Assembly (NCBI GenBank): GCA_027031765.1
Contig: JALVPN010000164.1
Coordinates: 1 to 10,954 of the forward strand
Source of the DNA: Promethearchaeota archaeon
Lineage (GTDB): Archaea; Asgardarchaeota; Thorarchaeia; Thorarchaeales; Thorarchaeaceae
Reading direction: 5' to 3'
DNA: 10,954 nt
In this document: in pieces, positions 1 through 7,420 of the stretch
Position numbering within the stretch: the first letter of the stretch is position 1
Layout of the letters: each line of letters begins with the position of its first letter
Program-made: the position numbers and the translations under genes
Notes under the pieces: model-generated
Databases searched by the model: none
Seen by the model: only the letters and a program-made list of their open reading frames with translations
What the model was told of the DNA's origin: nothing

Positions 1-739
1 CCGCATATACGTGGAGGTGGAGGTCGGAGTACGCCTCCTTTGCCCCCTGCAGGATGTTCCTGCAGACGTCCTCCACGAAGAGGGGGTTCTCATGCATCTT
101 CTTTGTGATGAACATCTCGTCCTCGAGTTTGAGGAGGGAGTACGTGGGGGTCGAGAACGATGCCTCAACAATGCCAATCATAGAGCCATAGGTAGGGATC
201 TGGTCGGACTCGCCAATGACCCTGAGTGTGCCGGTGGCGCGCTGAATGTGGGTGTACCCGTCGTTGTTGACCATACAGTGGGGGCACACAGTGTTGCCGA
301 TGACGCTCACGGAGATGTCGTGGACAACGGGGCAGCCGCGTTCCATGATGGTCCTGGCGATGACATCGCACACCTCCCACGTCCGCTTGTCAGAGACCGG
401 CGTCCTGCTGGTGTACCCGAACTCGAACTCGAACGTGATCTCACCACGGTGAAAGGAGTGTCTGCGTTCAAGGGCCCTGAGGACAGTGGTCTGGAGCTCT
501 TCCACGGAGTGGTAGACGCGGAACTTGTCGCTGATCACCTCGGTCATGGACTCGACGAGGCGCGACATGTGGACTCCCTTCAGGTCTGCTGGCAGGTCGA
601 CCGTTATCTCGACCCGGGGTATCAGGTGATAGCGGAGGCCACTGCGCTCGGTAATCACGAAGGTCTTGAGTCCCTTGACACCCACGCGTCGCAGGTGGAT
701 CTTGTGACGTGGTGCCTCGTTCTGCGTGTCTATGACCAC
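1..739 (-). CDS. mptA: GTP cyclohydrolase IB (FolE2/MptA family), 3' end truncated by the window edge
   Basis: Hand translation of the minus frame, which has no stop in the window: VVIDTQNEAPRHKIHLRRVGVKG...VDLPADLKGVHMSRLVE...GNTVCPHC...THIQRA...STPTYSLLKLEDE...MHENPLFVEDVCR. The DxQ, RVGV, KGxHMSR, CP(x)C, HxQR and NPxFVED motifs match FolE2/MptA. Start is GTG 739 or in-frame TTG 745, with an SD-like GGAGAGTGA just upstream. Confidence 0.9.
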   Translation of the reverse strand, partial: MVIDTQNEAPRHKIHLRRVGVKGLKTFVITERSGLRYHLIPRVEITVDLPADLKGVHMSRLVESMTEVISDKFRVYHSVEELQTTVLRALERRHSFHRGEITFEFEFGYTSRTPVSDKRTWEVCDVIARTIMERGCPVVHDISVSVIGNTVCPHCMVNNDGYTHIQRATGTLRVIGESDQIPTYGSMIGIVEASFSTPTYSLLKLEDEMFITKKMHENPLFVEDVCRNILQGAKEAYSDLHLHVYA

Positions 740-745
740 TGGCAA

Positions 746-1231
746 TCACTCTCCTAGAAGGGCGGTGGAAGGGCTGTAGCATGCCGTGGAGCCCACGTCC
801 TCGGTGACACACACCGTGACTAGAGACACTCCTTCTGGCACGGACAGCCGTGTGGCGATGAACTGGGCGAGGGCCTCGGCGGTAGTGGTGGCCAGGGGCA
901 GAACCACACAGTCATCTCGTGGGAACAGGTACCGCTTCTCGGCCACGGTGACCTCAAGGCCGGGCCCGCTGTCCCGGACATGGATGTCCGCCGACTCACC
1001 CGGGAGGAGCACCCGGTGGTCAAGGAATTGACACACCTCACGTACGCTCCGTTTCAGTGCGCGGAAGTCCACGACCATGCCATCAGCATTGGTGTCCTCG
1101 GCTGTAACTGTCACACTGACCGAGTAGTTGTGGCCGTGCAGTGGTTCGATGTGGCCCTGACTCACAACAAAGTGCGCCGCACTGAAGGAGAGCCGTGGGC
1201 CACTTACCCTGACCTCGTACACTTCTTGCAC
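746..1231 (-). CDS. 6-pyruvoyl-tetrahydropterin synthase (PTPS/QueD, COG0720) family protein, ExxHGH (PTPS-III-like) type
   Basis: FSAAHF, EPLHGHNY, GMVVDF..LK, LDHRVL and TTAEALA motifs. GTG 1231 (VQEVYEV...) gives a family-typical 161 aa. The 26-aa extension to 1309 in the ORF track looks non-coding. No queD symbol is given because the QueD catalytic Cys (CxxxHGH) is absent. Confidence 0.88.
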   Translation of the reverse strand: MQEVYEVRVSGPRLSFSAAHFVVSQGHIEPLHGHNYSVSVTVTAEDTNADGMVVDFRALKRSVREVCQFLDHRVLLPGESADIHVRDSGPGLEVTVAEKRYLFPRDDCVVLPLATTTAEALAQFIATRLSVPEGVSLVTVCVTEDVGSTACYSPSTALLGE

Positions 1232-1411
1232 CAGCCCGGTTGAGTCGCACCGCAGTCTGCTTGTAAAACTGCCGGATGCGGGCACGTAAACACCATACGG
1301 TGACCGCACAGGGCGGTGTGGAGGCCATGCCTGGCAGTATCAGCGTCCGGTAGCTAGCTCTGCTGCGGCCCGGCCAGGCCAGCCTGTATGTGACCATGCG
1401 AGGTGCGGGAG

Positions 1412-3211
1412 TCACTCGCGTCTGCGTTTCTGCCGTTCGTACATCTCAATCAGCTCTGCAACGGTCGTGGCCTGTTCCGGGGCCTTGTCGTCGCGCCAGC
1501 GCCCTGTGAACCGTGGGAACCTGATTGCAAGGCCTCCCTCCTTGATACGCCCCCGGCCGGCGGGATGCACTGGGCTGATGGTGACCTCATCGCCGAGCAC
1601 CTCTATCACGTGAGCGGGCTCGAACCACACGTCGGCCTCGATATCGGCCACTACCTTGGGGTGGCGTTCCTCGATGATATGGCTGTGGAGGCGCTCCTTG
1701 AACTCGCTGAGCATCTCGTCCGTGAAGCCCGTACCAATCTTGCAGACGGTGGGGAACGTGTCACTCTCGGCGTCATAGGCAGCGGCAAGGATTGCCCCGT
1801 ACACCCCGGTACGCTTGCCACGGCCATGGATGGCACCAACCACAACGAGGTCCACGGAGGCCGAGAGGCCTTCACGGTAGGACGCCTTGAGCTTGATCCA
1901 GAGCCAGCTGCGGGAGCCGGCCTGGTACGTCGAGCCCTCGTGTACTGCCTTTGCGATCACACCCTCGTGACCAGAGGAGAGTGCCTCCTTGAACACCGCA
2001 TCGAGGCGTGCCGGGTCGTCTACGAGCTCCGCTACCGTGAGGTGCACGCGCTCGTCAGTCTTGACAATCCGCTCCAGTACTCGCCTCCGTTCGAGCATGG
2101 GCAGTCCCATTACATCCCTGCCGTCAACAAGGAGCACATCGAAGAAGAACAGGGCCACTGGTACCTCCGCCAGTGTGTCCTCCACCCCGGTCTTCCGTCG
2201 ACGCCGCATCAGCTGTTGGAACGGCCGCATCGCACCGGTCTCGGGGTCTATGGCAACACACTCACACTCCACAATGCAAGTCGTGGCCGTGATGTTCGAG
2301 CGCACGTACTCGACAACATCGGGGTACTGGTCCGTAATGCGCTCCTGTCGTCGGGAGTAGAGGACGACGCTCTTGTCGTCCTTGTGGACCTGGATGCGCT
2401 CACCATCGTACTTGTACTCCACAAGGGCCCGGCCCCCGGTCTTCTCCAGTATCTCCGCTGCACTGCTGAGCTTCTTGGCGGCCATCATCCGGATCGGGAC
2501 GCCGACCTCAGCATGTATACCCGCAATACCACTGAGGCCGGCCTCAGCAAGGAGAGAGGCAACCCGGGAGAGGTCACTGCACACGTTGAAGGCGCGTTCG
2601 ATCTCGTCCCGGGCCTCACGACCACCAGCAAAGGCCGTGGCAAGCGCATCGATGACAAGCATCTCACCGAGGCCGAGGCGCAGGTCGCCCGTCACTGTCC
2701 GGAGGATGTACTTGGCCTCGAGGGGGCTGGCACTGGAGAGGAGACCGACCAGGAGGGATACCTTCTCCTTGGCGCTGCCCTGACCGGTGGTCCTGGCCAC
2801 GGCATCGAGCGTCTCGTATACGTGGGCTACCGTGTTCGGCTCGGCGAACAGCACAGACTGTACGCTCTCGCTCAGCAGTGCAGCCCCGGCAGCCCCGATG
2901 TCGCCCGTCTCGTGCAGGACTGTACGTACGCGCCCCTCGGGCACCGAAGCGGCTGCGGCGACCACCTGGACCGCGGTCTTCTCAGCCACCCCCAGCTCAG
3001 GCTCACCGCTCCAGTCCGGGTGGAGCTTCCCCATTGTCAGGGCCACAATCTTGCCGACCTCCTGTGGGTCTGCCGACCTGAGCACCTCTGCGAAGATGGA
3101 GACCTTGTCCAGCTGGCCGCTCGTGGCCTCTATCCTCTCGTAGGCCTTAGCGAGGTCTTCGTAGTGCAAGGTACCGTCAGCTCCAGGGCTATCAGGAGAC
3201 CTGTTGTCCAA
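1412..3211 (-). CDS. lig: ATP-dependent DNA ligase (archaeal type)
   Basis: Motif I EYKYDGERIQVH (KxDG adenylated Lys), FFDVL, EGVIAK, WIKLK and IRFPRF, an N-terminal DNA-binding domain (LRLGLGE), and an OB domain (VDLVVVGA, VCKIGTGFTDE). The 3211 start is TTG. An alternative in-frame TTG at 3169 (LHYEDLA...) better matches typical N-termini. Confidence 0.97.
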   Translation of the reverse strand: MDNRSPDSPGADGTLHYEDLAKAYERIEATSGQLDKVSIFAEVLRSADPQEVGKIVALTMGKLHPDWSGEPELGVAEKTAVQVVAAAASVPEGRVRTVLHETGDIGAAGAALLSESVQSVLFAEPNTVAHVYETLDAVARTTGQGSAKEKVSLLVGLLSSASPLEAKYILRTVTGDLRLGLGEMLVIDALATAFAGGREARDEIERAFNVCSDLSRVASLLAEAGLSGIAGIHAEVGVPIRMMAAKKLSSAAEILEKTGGRALVEYKYDGERIQVHKDDKSVVLYSRRQERITDQYPDVVEYVRSNITATTCIVECECVAIDPETGAMRPFQQLMRRRRKTGVEDTLAEVPVALFFFDVLLVDGRDVMGLPMLERRRVLERIVKTDERVHLTVAELVDDPARLDAVFKEALSSGHEGVIAKAVHEGSTYQAGSRSWLWIKLKASYREGLSASVDLVVVGAIHGRGKRTGVYGAILAAAYDAESDTFPTVCKIGTGFTDEMLSEFKERLHSHIIEERHPKVVADIEADVWFEPAHVIEVLGDEVTISPVHPAGRGRIKEGGLAIRFPRFTGRWRDDKAPEQATTVAELIEMYERQKRRRE

Positions 3212-3305
3212 TGGGCAACGTCCCGCCCTGGTCCAACGGGCAGGGGCGACCTAATAGTGTTTGTCCCTTCCGGGGGATACGTCGGCTGTCCGCCCTTGAA
3301 CAACT

Positions 3306-3313
3306 TTTATAAA
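3306..3313. promoter_or_regulatory. Archaeal TATA box, palindromic TTTATAAA, between divergent lig and rps17e
   Basis: AT-rich TTTATAAA in GC-rich DNA, preceded on + by A-rich GAACAAC (BRE-like), 49 nt before the rps17e start. Confidence 0.7.
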
Positions 3314-3349
3314 CTGACCCGGAGGGGGAACGTGACCAGACAGGAACCC

Positions 3350-3356
3350 AGGTGAT
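3350..3356 (+). promoter_or_regulatory. Shine-Dalgarno-like AGGTGAT for rps17e
   Basis: Archaeal GGTGA motif ending 6 nt before the TTG start at 3363. Confidence 0.65.
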
Positions 3357-3362
3357 TGACCT

Positions 3363-3617
3363 TTGGGAAAGATAAGGCCGAGCTACATCAAGAGCGCAGC
3401 ACGTGTCCTCATGCAGTACTATGCGGACGAGTTCACCACCGACTTTGAGACGAACAAGCGGCTTGTCGAGCAGTATACTGATGTGAAGAGCAAGAAGGTC
3501 AGGAACCGGATTGCAGGGTACCTGGTGCGCATGGTCAGGACGCGGATCGCACGGGAGGCTGCCGAGGCCGAGGACGTTGGCGAGCCTGTGAACCCGAGGG
3601 ACACGGAGTCCATGTAG
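3363..3617 (+). CDS. rps17e: 30S ribosomal protein S17e (eS17)
   Basis: MGKIRPSYIK...FTTDFETNKRLVEQ...SKKVRNRIAGYL matches the eS17 consensus. TTG start, with an acidic C-terminal tail. Confidence 0.96.
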   Translation: MGKIRPSYIKSAARVLMQYYADEFTTDFETNKRLVEQYTDVKSKKVRNRIAGYLVRMVRTRIAREAAEAEDVGEPVNPRDTESM

Positions 3618-3730
3618 TGGACTGTGGACACTTGCAGTGGCACCTAGTGGGAGCGGGCATTGACGCGGGGCGCCTGACGTGGTGGCAGGCAGAGCAGGCC
3701 CTAGTGTGATAGGGAAAGCACCGGTCGGAC

Positions 3731-4843
3731 TTGATGGTAATGGACGACTGGACGAACCGGGTCTACCTTGCTGACTGCCTGGACGTACTGCCCCAGCTCC
3801 GGGAGGAGATGGAGGGGCAGGTGCGACTCATTTACATAGACCCGCCCTACTATTCTGGGACACGTTACAGTCTCAGAGAGAGGGGCTGTGATACAGGGAG
3901 GCGTGCGGCCACGGTCACAGAGACCCCCACCTATGTTGACAGGTGGCACGGCGGCATTGACCAGTACCTTGAGTTCATGCGCAGCCGCCTGTCAGCGATG
4001 CGGCCACTGCTGAGGGAGGACGGGAGCATCTGGGTGCACCTTGACTGGCACGTATCACACTATGTCAAGGTGCTCATGGACGAGGTGTTCGGGTACCAGA
4101 ACTTCGTGAACGAGATCATCTGGAGGCGCACGAACAGTCCGAAGCCCCAGAGCCGCGGGTTTGGCAGCCAGCACGATGTCATCCTGCTATATGCGCAGGA
4201 CGCCCGTTCCTTCAGGACGAAGACCGTCTACAGGGCACACGACGAGAGGTCACTGCGTCCATATTCTTACAGTGATGAGCGTGGCCGCTTCAGACTGGTC
4301 GAGGTCGAGGCACAGGGCATCCAGCGCGGAGCACGACGACGACGCTTCGAGTGGCGTGGCAGGGTGGCACCATACTTGTACAGCCGAGAGCAGCTGGATG
4401 AGTGGTGGGAGCAGGGGCTCATCTACACCACGAGGACGGGACGCTACTGCAAGAAGCAGTACCTTGAGGACATACCTGGAGTCCCGGTCTCAGACCTCTG
4501 GCTCGACATTGCCCCAGTACAGGGGAGCTCAAAGGAGTACACGGGGTTCCTCACCCAGAAGCCAGAGGCGCTACTACGACGCATCATTGAGTGTGCAAGT
4601 GATGAGGACGATATCGTGGCCGACTTCTTCGTCGGGGCAGGTACCACAGCAGTGGCAGCCCAGGCCCTGCGGAGACGGTGGGTGGTGTGTGATAGCTCGG
4701 AGGTAGCCGTCAGGGTCACACTTGAGAGGCTGGCAGACCTGTGTGGAGGGGACGGCCCACCACAGTACAGACTCGTGCGTCTGGAAGAGACACCGGTCAG
4801 ACATGACTGGGCGTCTGGACGGGGGCAAGTGGACTCTCCGTAA
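3731..4843 (+). CDS. DNA amino-methyltransferase, beta class (N6_N4_Mtase, Mod-like), orphan
   Basis: Catalytic IYIDPPY near the N-terminus, then GSIWVHLDWHVSHYVKVLMDEVFG..NFVNEIIW, a variable central region, TQKPEALLRRII and the SAM-binding DFFVGAGTT near the C-terminus (beta order). Start could be TTG 3731, ATG 3734 or ATG 3740. Confidence 0.92.
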   Translation: MMVMDDWTNRVYLADCLDVLPQLREEMEGQVRLIYIDPPYYSGTRYSLRERGCDTGRRAATVTETPTYVDRWHGGIDQYLEFMRSRLSAMRPLLREDGSIWVHLDWHVSHYVKVLMDEVFGYQNFVNEIIWRRTNSPKPQSRGFGSQHDVILLYAQDARSFRTKTVYRAHDERSLRPYSYSDERGRFRLVEVEAQGIQRGARRRRFEWRGRVAPYLYSREQLDEWWEQGLIYTTRTGRYCKKQYLEDIPGVPVSDLWLDIAPVQGSSKEYTGFLTQKPEALLRRIIECASDEDDIVADFFVGAGTTAVAAQALRRRWVVCDSSEVAVRVTLERLADLCGGDGPPQYRLVRLEETPVRHDWASGRGQVDSP

Positions 4844-5100
4844 GGAGTCAGTGACGCGACGGGGACGTACGACTAGCCCGCCACATCGTACGACCAGTTG
4901 GCTACAGTGCGGCAGCGCAATTCGGCAGGGCCCCGTCATCCTGAACCCCTCTTGTTGGACTCGCCAGACCCGACAGGTGGCACCACAGCACGCCCCCTCA
5001 CTGGCGGATTGACGGGCCCTCACTCTCAGCGCGCCCGGTGCTCCTAGGTCTTGAGTGTGGCGAGAGGGGACTCGGCATACATGACCCCCCGCAGGGCAAC

Positions 5101-5110
5101 ATATGTATAA
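5101..5110. promoter_or_regulatory. TATA-like ATATGTATAA (TTATACATAT on the minus strand) upstream of the second methyltransferase
   Basis: The most AT-rich tract in the spacer, 43 nt before ATG 5154, which has GGAG at 5143-5146. Orientation is ambiguous. Confidence 0.4.
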
Positions 5111-5153
5111 CGGGCTGCCAGAGTCCTACAGCAGCGCCGGCAGGAGATAGTCA

Positions 5154-7073
5154 ATGGGGCACACCGGGTCAAGCCGCTGTCATCAGGTGTGGGCGATGGA
5201 GTCCTGGGACCAGGAGGTACAGGACAAGAGGACTGGCACGTTCTACACACCATACTGGCTGGCATCATCAATTGTGGACAGCGCCCTCTCCGCGTGGCTC
5301 GCCTCTCGTCTGGGACGGGGGCTGCCACCAGAGGGTGGTAGTGTCGTCGACTGGGTCGGCACCCACGACCGACAGGATGCACTCCAAGAGCTGCGTTCCG
5401 TGCGCGTCCTGGATCCCGCAGTCGGGCACGGTGTCTTCCTAGTGGCTGCTGCACAGTGGCTCCTTGAGACCAGGGCTGCGCTTGGCGAGCCACGACCGGG
5501 CAGTCAGGTGCGGCGCGAGATAGTAGATAGAGCACTGTACGGGGTCGATGTCCGCGCAGAAGCGGTGGAGATGTGCAGGAGGGTGCTCATGGAGTGGGCC
5601 TCCCTCCGGTCGGCTGACAGCGTGCCCCGGCTGGATGGACACATACGTCATGGCAACAGCCTTGTGGGCTGTATCAGGCCCCCCGACGACTGGGACGGCA
5701 CAGTTGACGGGCTCAACAGGCACATTGTGCATCGACTTGGTAAGCGTTCTGGTCTGGAAATCGGGGATGTCGTGCAGACCAGACCGTTCCACTGGTGCGT
5801 CGAGTTCGACACAGTGGTCCAGGAGGGGGGTTTCGACGTCATCGTGGGGAACCCACCGTATGGCAACATCCTGACAACAACGGAGCGGAGGCTGGTGGCC
5901 ACCACCCGGCAGTATGATGTTAGCAGTGGTCGTGGCGGGACCTGGAGCGCGTCCGCACTGTTCATAGCACGGGCACTGGAGCTGGTGAGGTACGGGGGAC
6001 AGGTGGCGCTGCTCGTGCCCAACAGCATTATCCGGGTGGGACAGTTCCAGCGGACGCGGCAGCTGCTACTTGACAGTGCGGAGCTGTGGAAGATAGTGGA
6101 CGAGGGCAGCCCCTTTGAAGACGTGACGTTGGAGATGGTGAGCATCTTTTGCGCGGCCGGCCGGGGTCGGGACGGGCACAGCGGGCAGTACGTAAGGGTG
6201 GCCTCACGACGACCAGACCTGCCCATGACGAACACGGTGCCACTCAGTGCGATGCGCGGTTCACGGCTGTTCCCGATCTACTATGACAGTGTGTTCCAAC
6301 AGGTCTTGGAGCGGGGACGACGGGGCCTCCTGTCTGCGACCCGGGGGCGTGATGTCCCTGCAAAACACGTCAGCCGTGAGAGGACGGACACCCACAGCAC
6401 ACCATATGCGACCAGTGGGCGGAGTGTGAAACGGTACAGGTTTGACAGGCGATACCTCCGTTATGTTGACGACTGGCCCCTCCAGGACCCTGCACTCAGG
6501 TACTGGTACGAACAAGAGGCCCTTGTGGCGACCAAGAACTACCCCTACCCGCGCTGTGTCATGAAGCCAAAGGGGATGCTGTACGGCGGCGGCACGGTGC
6601 GGGTCATCATCCGTGACAGCCTCAAGGCCGAAGCCGTCGGCCTGGTGCTCAACTCACGGATGGTCAGGTTCATGTGCACGCGGTACCTGACCAACTACTC
6701 ACGTCTGACCACTTGCCTGAACACAGGCATCATGGAAGAAATCCCCCTCGTGATGCCTGCCGAGACCGACCACATGGTGACACTGTTCCGCGTCCTACAG
6801 GAGGCCCACGAGAGGACACCGGCCGATGGACAGCCGCACGGAGGAGTCATTGACCTGCTGGAACGCACCGTCAACGGCATGGTCTATGGGATGTACCTCG
6901 TGCCGGACGAGTGTGCGGACGAGTACGTCAGGGATGCCATGAAGGGGCTGCACCCCGGGACACCGGCAGAGGTGGTGGCAGCAGCACTCGACACACGTGA
7001 GGTCATGGGGGCAGTACAGAGGGTCATGTCAGCCCCGGTGGTGCGCTCAGTCGAGGCCTCACCGAGGATGTAG
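5154..7073 (+). CDS. N6-adenine DNA methyltransferase, gamma class (Eco57I/TaqI-like M domain plus C-terminal target-recognition region), no nuclease domain
   Basis: GTFYTP, RVLDPAVGHGVFL (motif I), LYGVDV, IRHGNSL, FHW.VEF..V...GGFDVIVGNPPY (motif IV), and a TaqI_C-like tail (VGLVLNSRMVRF). Only about 25 aa precede GTFYTP, leaving no room for an N-terminal endonuclease. Alternative start ATG 5196. Confidence 0.88.
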   Translation: MGHTGSSRCHQVWAMESWDQEVQDKRTGTFYTPYWLASSIVDSALSAWLASRLGRGLPPEGGSVVDWVGTHDRQDALQELRSVRVLDPAVGHGVFLVAAAQWLLETRAALGEPRPGSQVRREIVDRALYGVDVRAEAVEMCRRVLMEWASLRSADSVPRLDGHIRHGNSLVGCIRPPDDWDGTVDGLNRHIVHRLGKRSGLEIGDVVQTRPFHWCVEFDTVVQEGGFDVIVGNPPYGNILTTTERRLVATTRQYDVSSGRGGTWSASALFIARALELVRYGGQVALLVPNSIIRVGQFQRTRQLLLDSAELWKIVDEGSPFEDVTLEMVSIFCAAGRGRDGHSGQYVRVASRRPDLPMTNTVPLSAMRGSRLFPIYYDSVFQQVLERGRRGLLSATRGRDVPAKHVSRERTDTHSTPYATSGRSVKRYRFDRRYLRYVDDWPLQDPALRYWYEQEALVATKNYPYPRCVMKPKGMLYGGGTVRVIIRDSLKAEAVGLVLNSRMVRFMCTRYLTNYSRLTTCLNTGIMEEIPLVMPAETDHMVTLFRVLQEAHERTPADGQPHGGVIDLLERTVNGMVYGMYLVPDECADEYVRDAMKGLHPGTPAEVVAAALDTREVMGAVQRVMSAPVVRSVEASPRM

Positions 7074-7420
7074 CGTAGTCCCCCGCGGTGTCTGGGCCCG
7101 GGACGCAGTATGGCGTCTGTGTCACCGGGCCGGGACCCCACCGCCGACTGCGACGACCTGCTGCGCTGCGTCACAAGTAGCACGGGAATGGCCATGGCCA
7201 CTACAATGCCACACAGTACGATGAGCCCCTCCTGTCCGTCGGTGGGGCTGAGACCGTTGACCACCTCCCGACCATCAGGGATGCCGTCATCATTGCTGTC
7301 CGGACAGCTTGAGTCGGTACCACACAGCCTCTCAGAGTACTGGGACAGCATATCATGGTCGGGGTCAATGGAGGCGACTTGCGCCGGGTCTCGGGACTTG
7401 TGGTCACCACCCAGCCCCTG
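6884..7420 (-). pseudogene. Remnant C-terminus of a surface protein: DxDxDG-type Ca-binding (bacterial TSP3-like) repeats plus a TM anchor
   Basis: The frame reads IDPDHDMLSQYSERLCGTDSSCPDSNDDGIPDGREVVNGLSPTD, then hydrophobic LIVLCGIVVAMAIPVLLV and a basic QRSR. The ATG at 7351 lies inside the first repeat. In-frame TGA (7421-7423) and TAG (7547-7549) lie upstream, and the tail runs ~190 nt into the convergent MTase. Confidence 0.5.

Noticed and set aside
746-748. Selenocysteine recoding of the in-frame TGA between PTPS and the cyclohydrolase
   Set aside because: The codon lies in a linker, not at a Cys-equivalent catalytic position. The downstream gene has its own SD and start, and I could not identify a SECIS.
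11-757. 248-aa + strand ORF
   Set aside because: Antisense shadow of the GTP cyclohydrolase IB gene, which the track missed because its stop lies outside the window.
1403-3355. 650-aa + strand ORF
   Set aside because: Antisense shadow of the DNA ligase, with no motifs. Long antisense ORFs are common in GC-rich coding DNA.
5085-5125. HDV-like ribozyme suggested by GGGCAACA, and SRP, RNase P or C/D-box RNA in the spacers
   Set aside because: I could not build the HDV nested pseudoknot, and found no SRP helix-8, RNase P P4 or paired C/D box motifs.
4574-5442. Track ORFs crossing the inter-MTase spacer (4574-5023, 4722-5012, 5038-5442, 5044-5535)
   Set aside because: They overlap real MTase genes, have atypical Cys/Arg/Pro-rich composition, and show no controller-protein HTH or other motif.
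3731-7073. Complete Type III, Type IIG, BREX or DISARM system
   Set aside because: No helicase/Res, PD-(D/E)xK or HNH nuclease, PglZ, Brx or Drm genes are present in the window.
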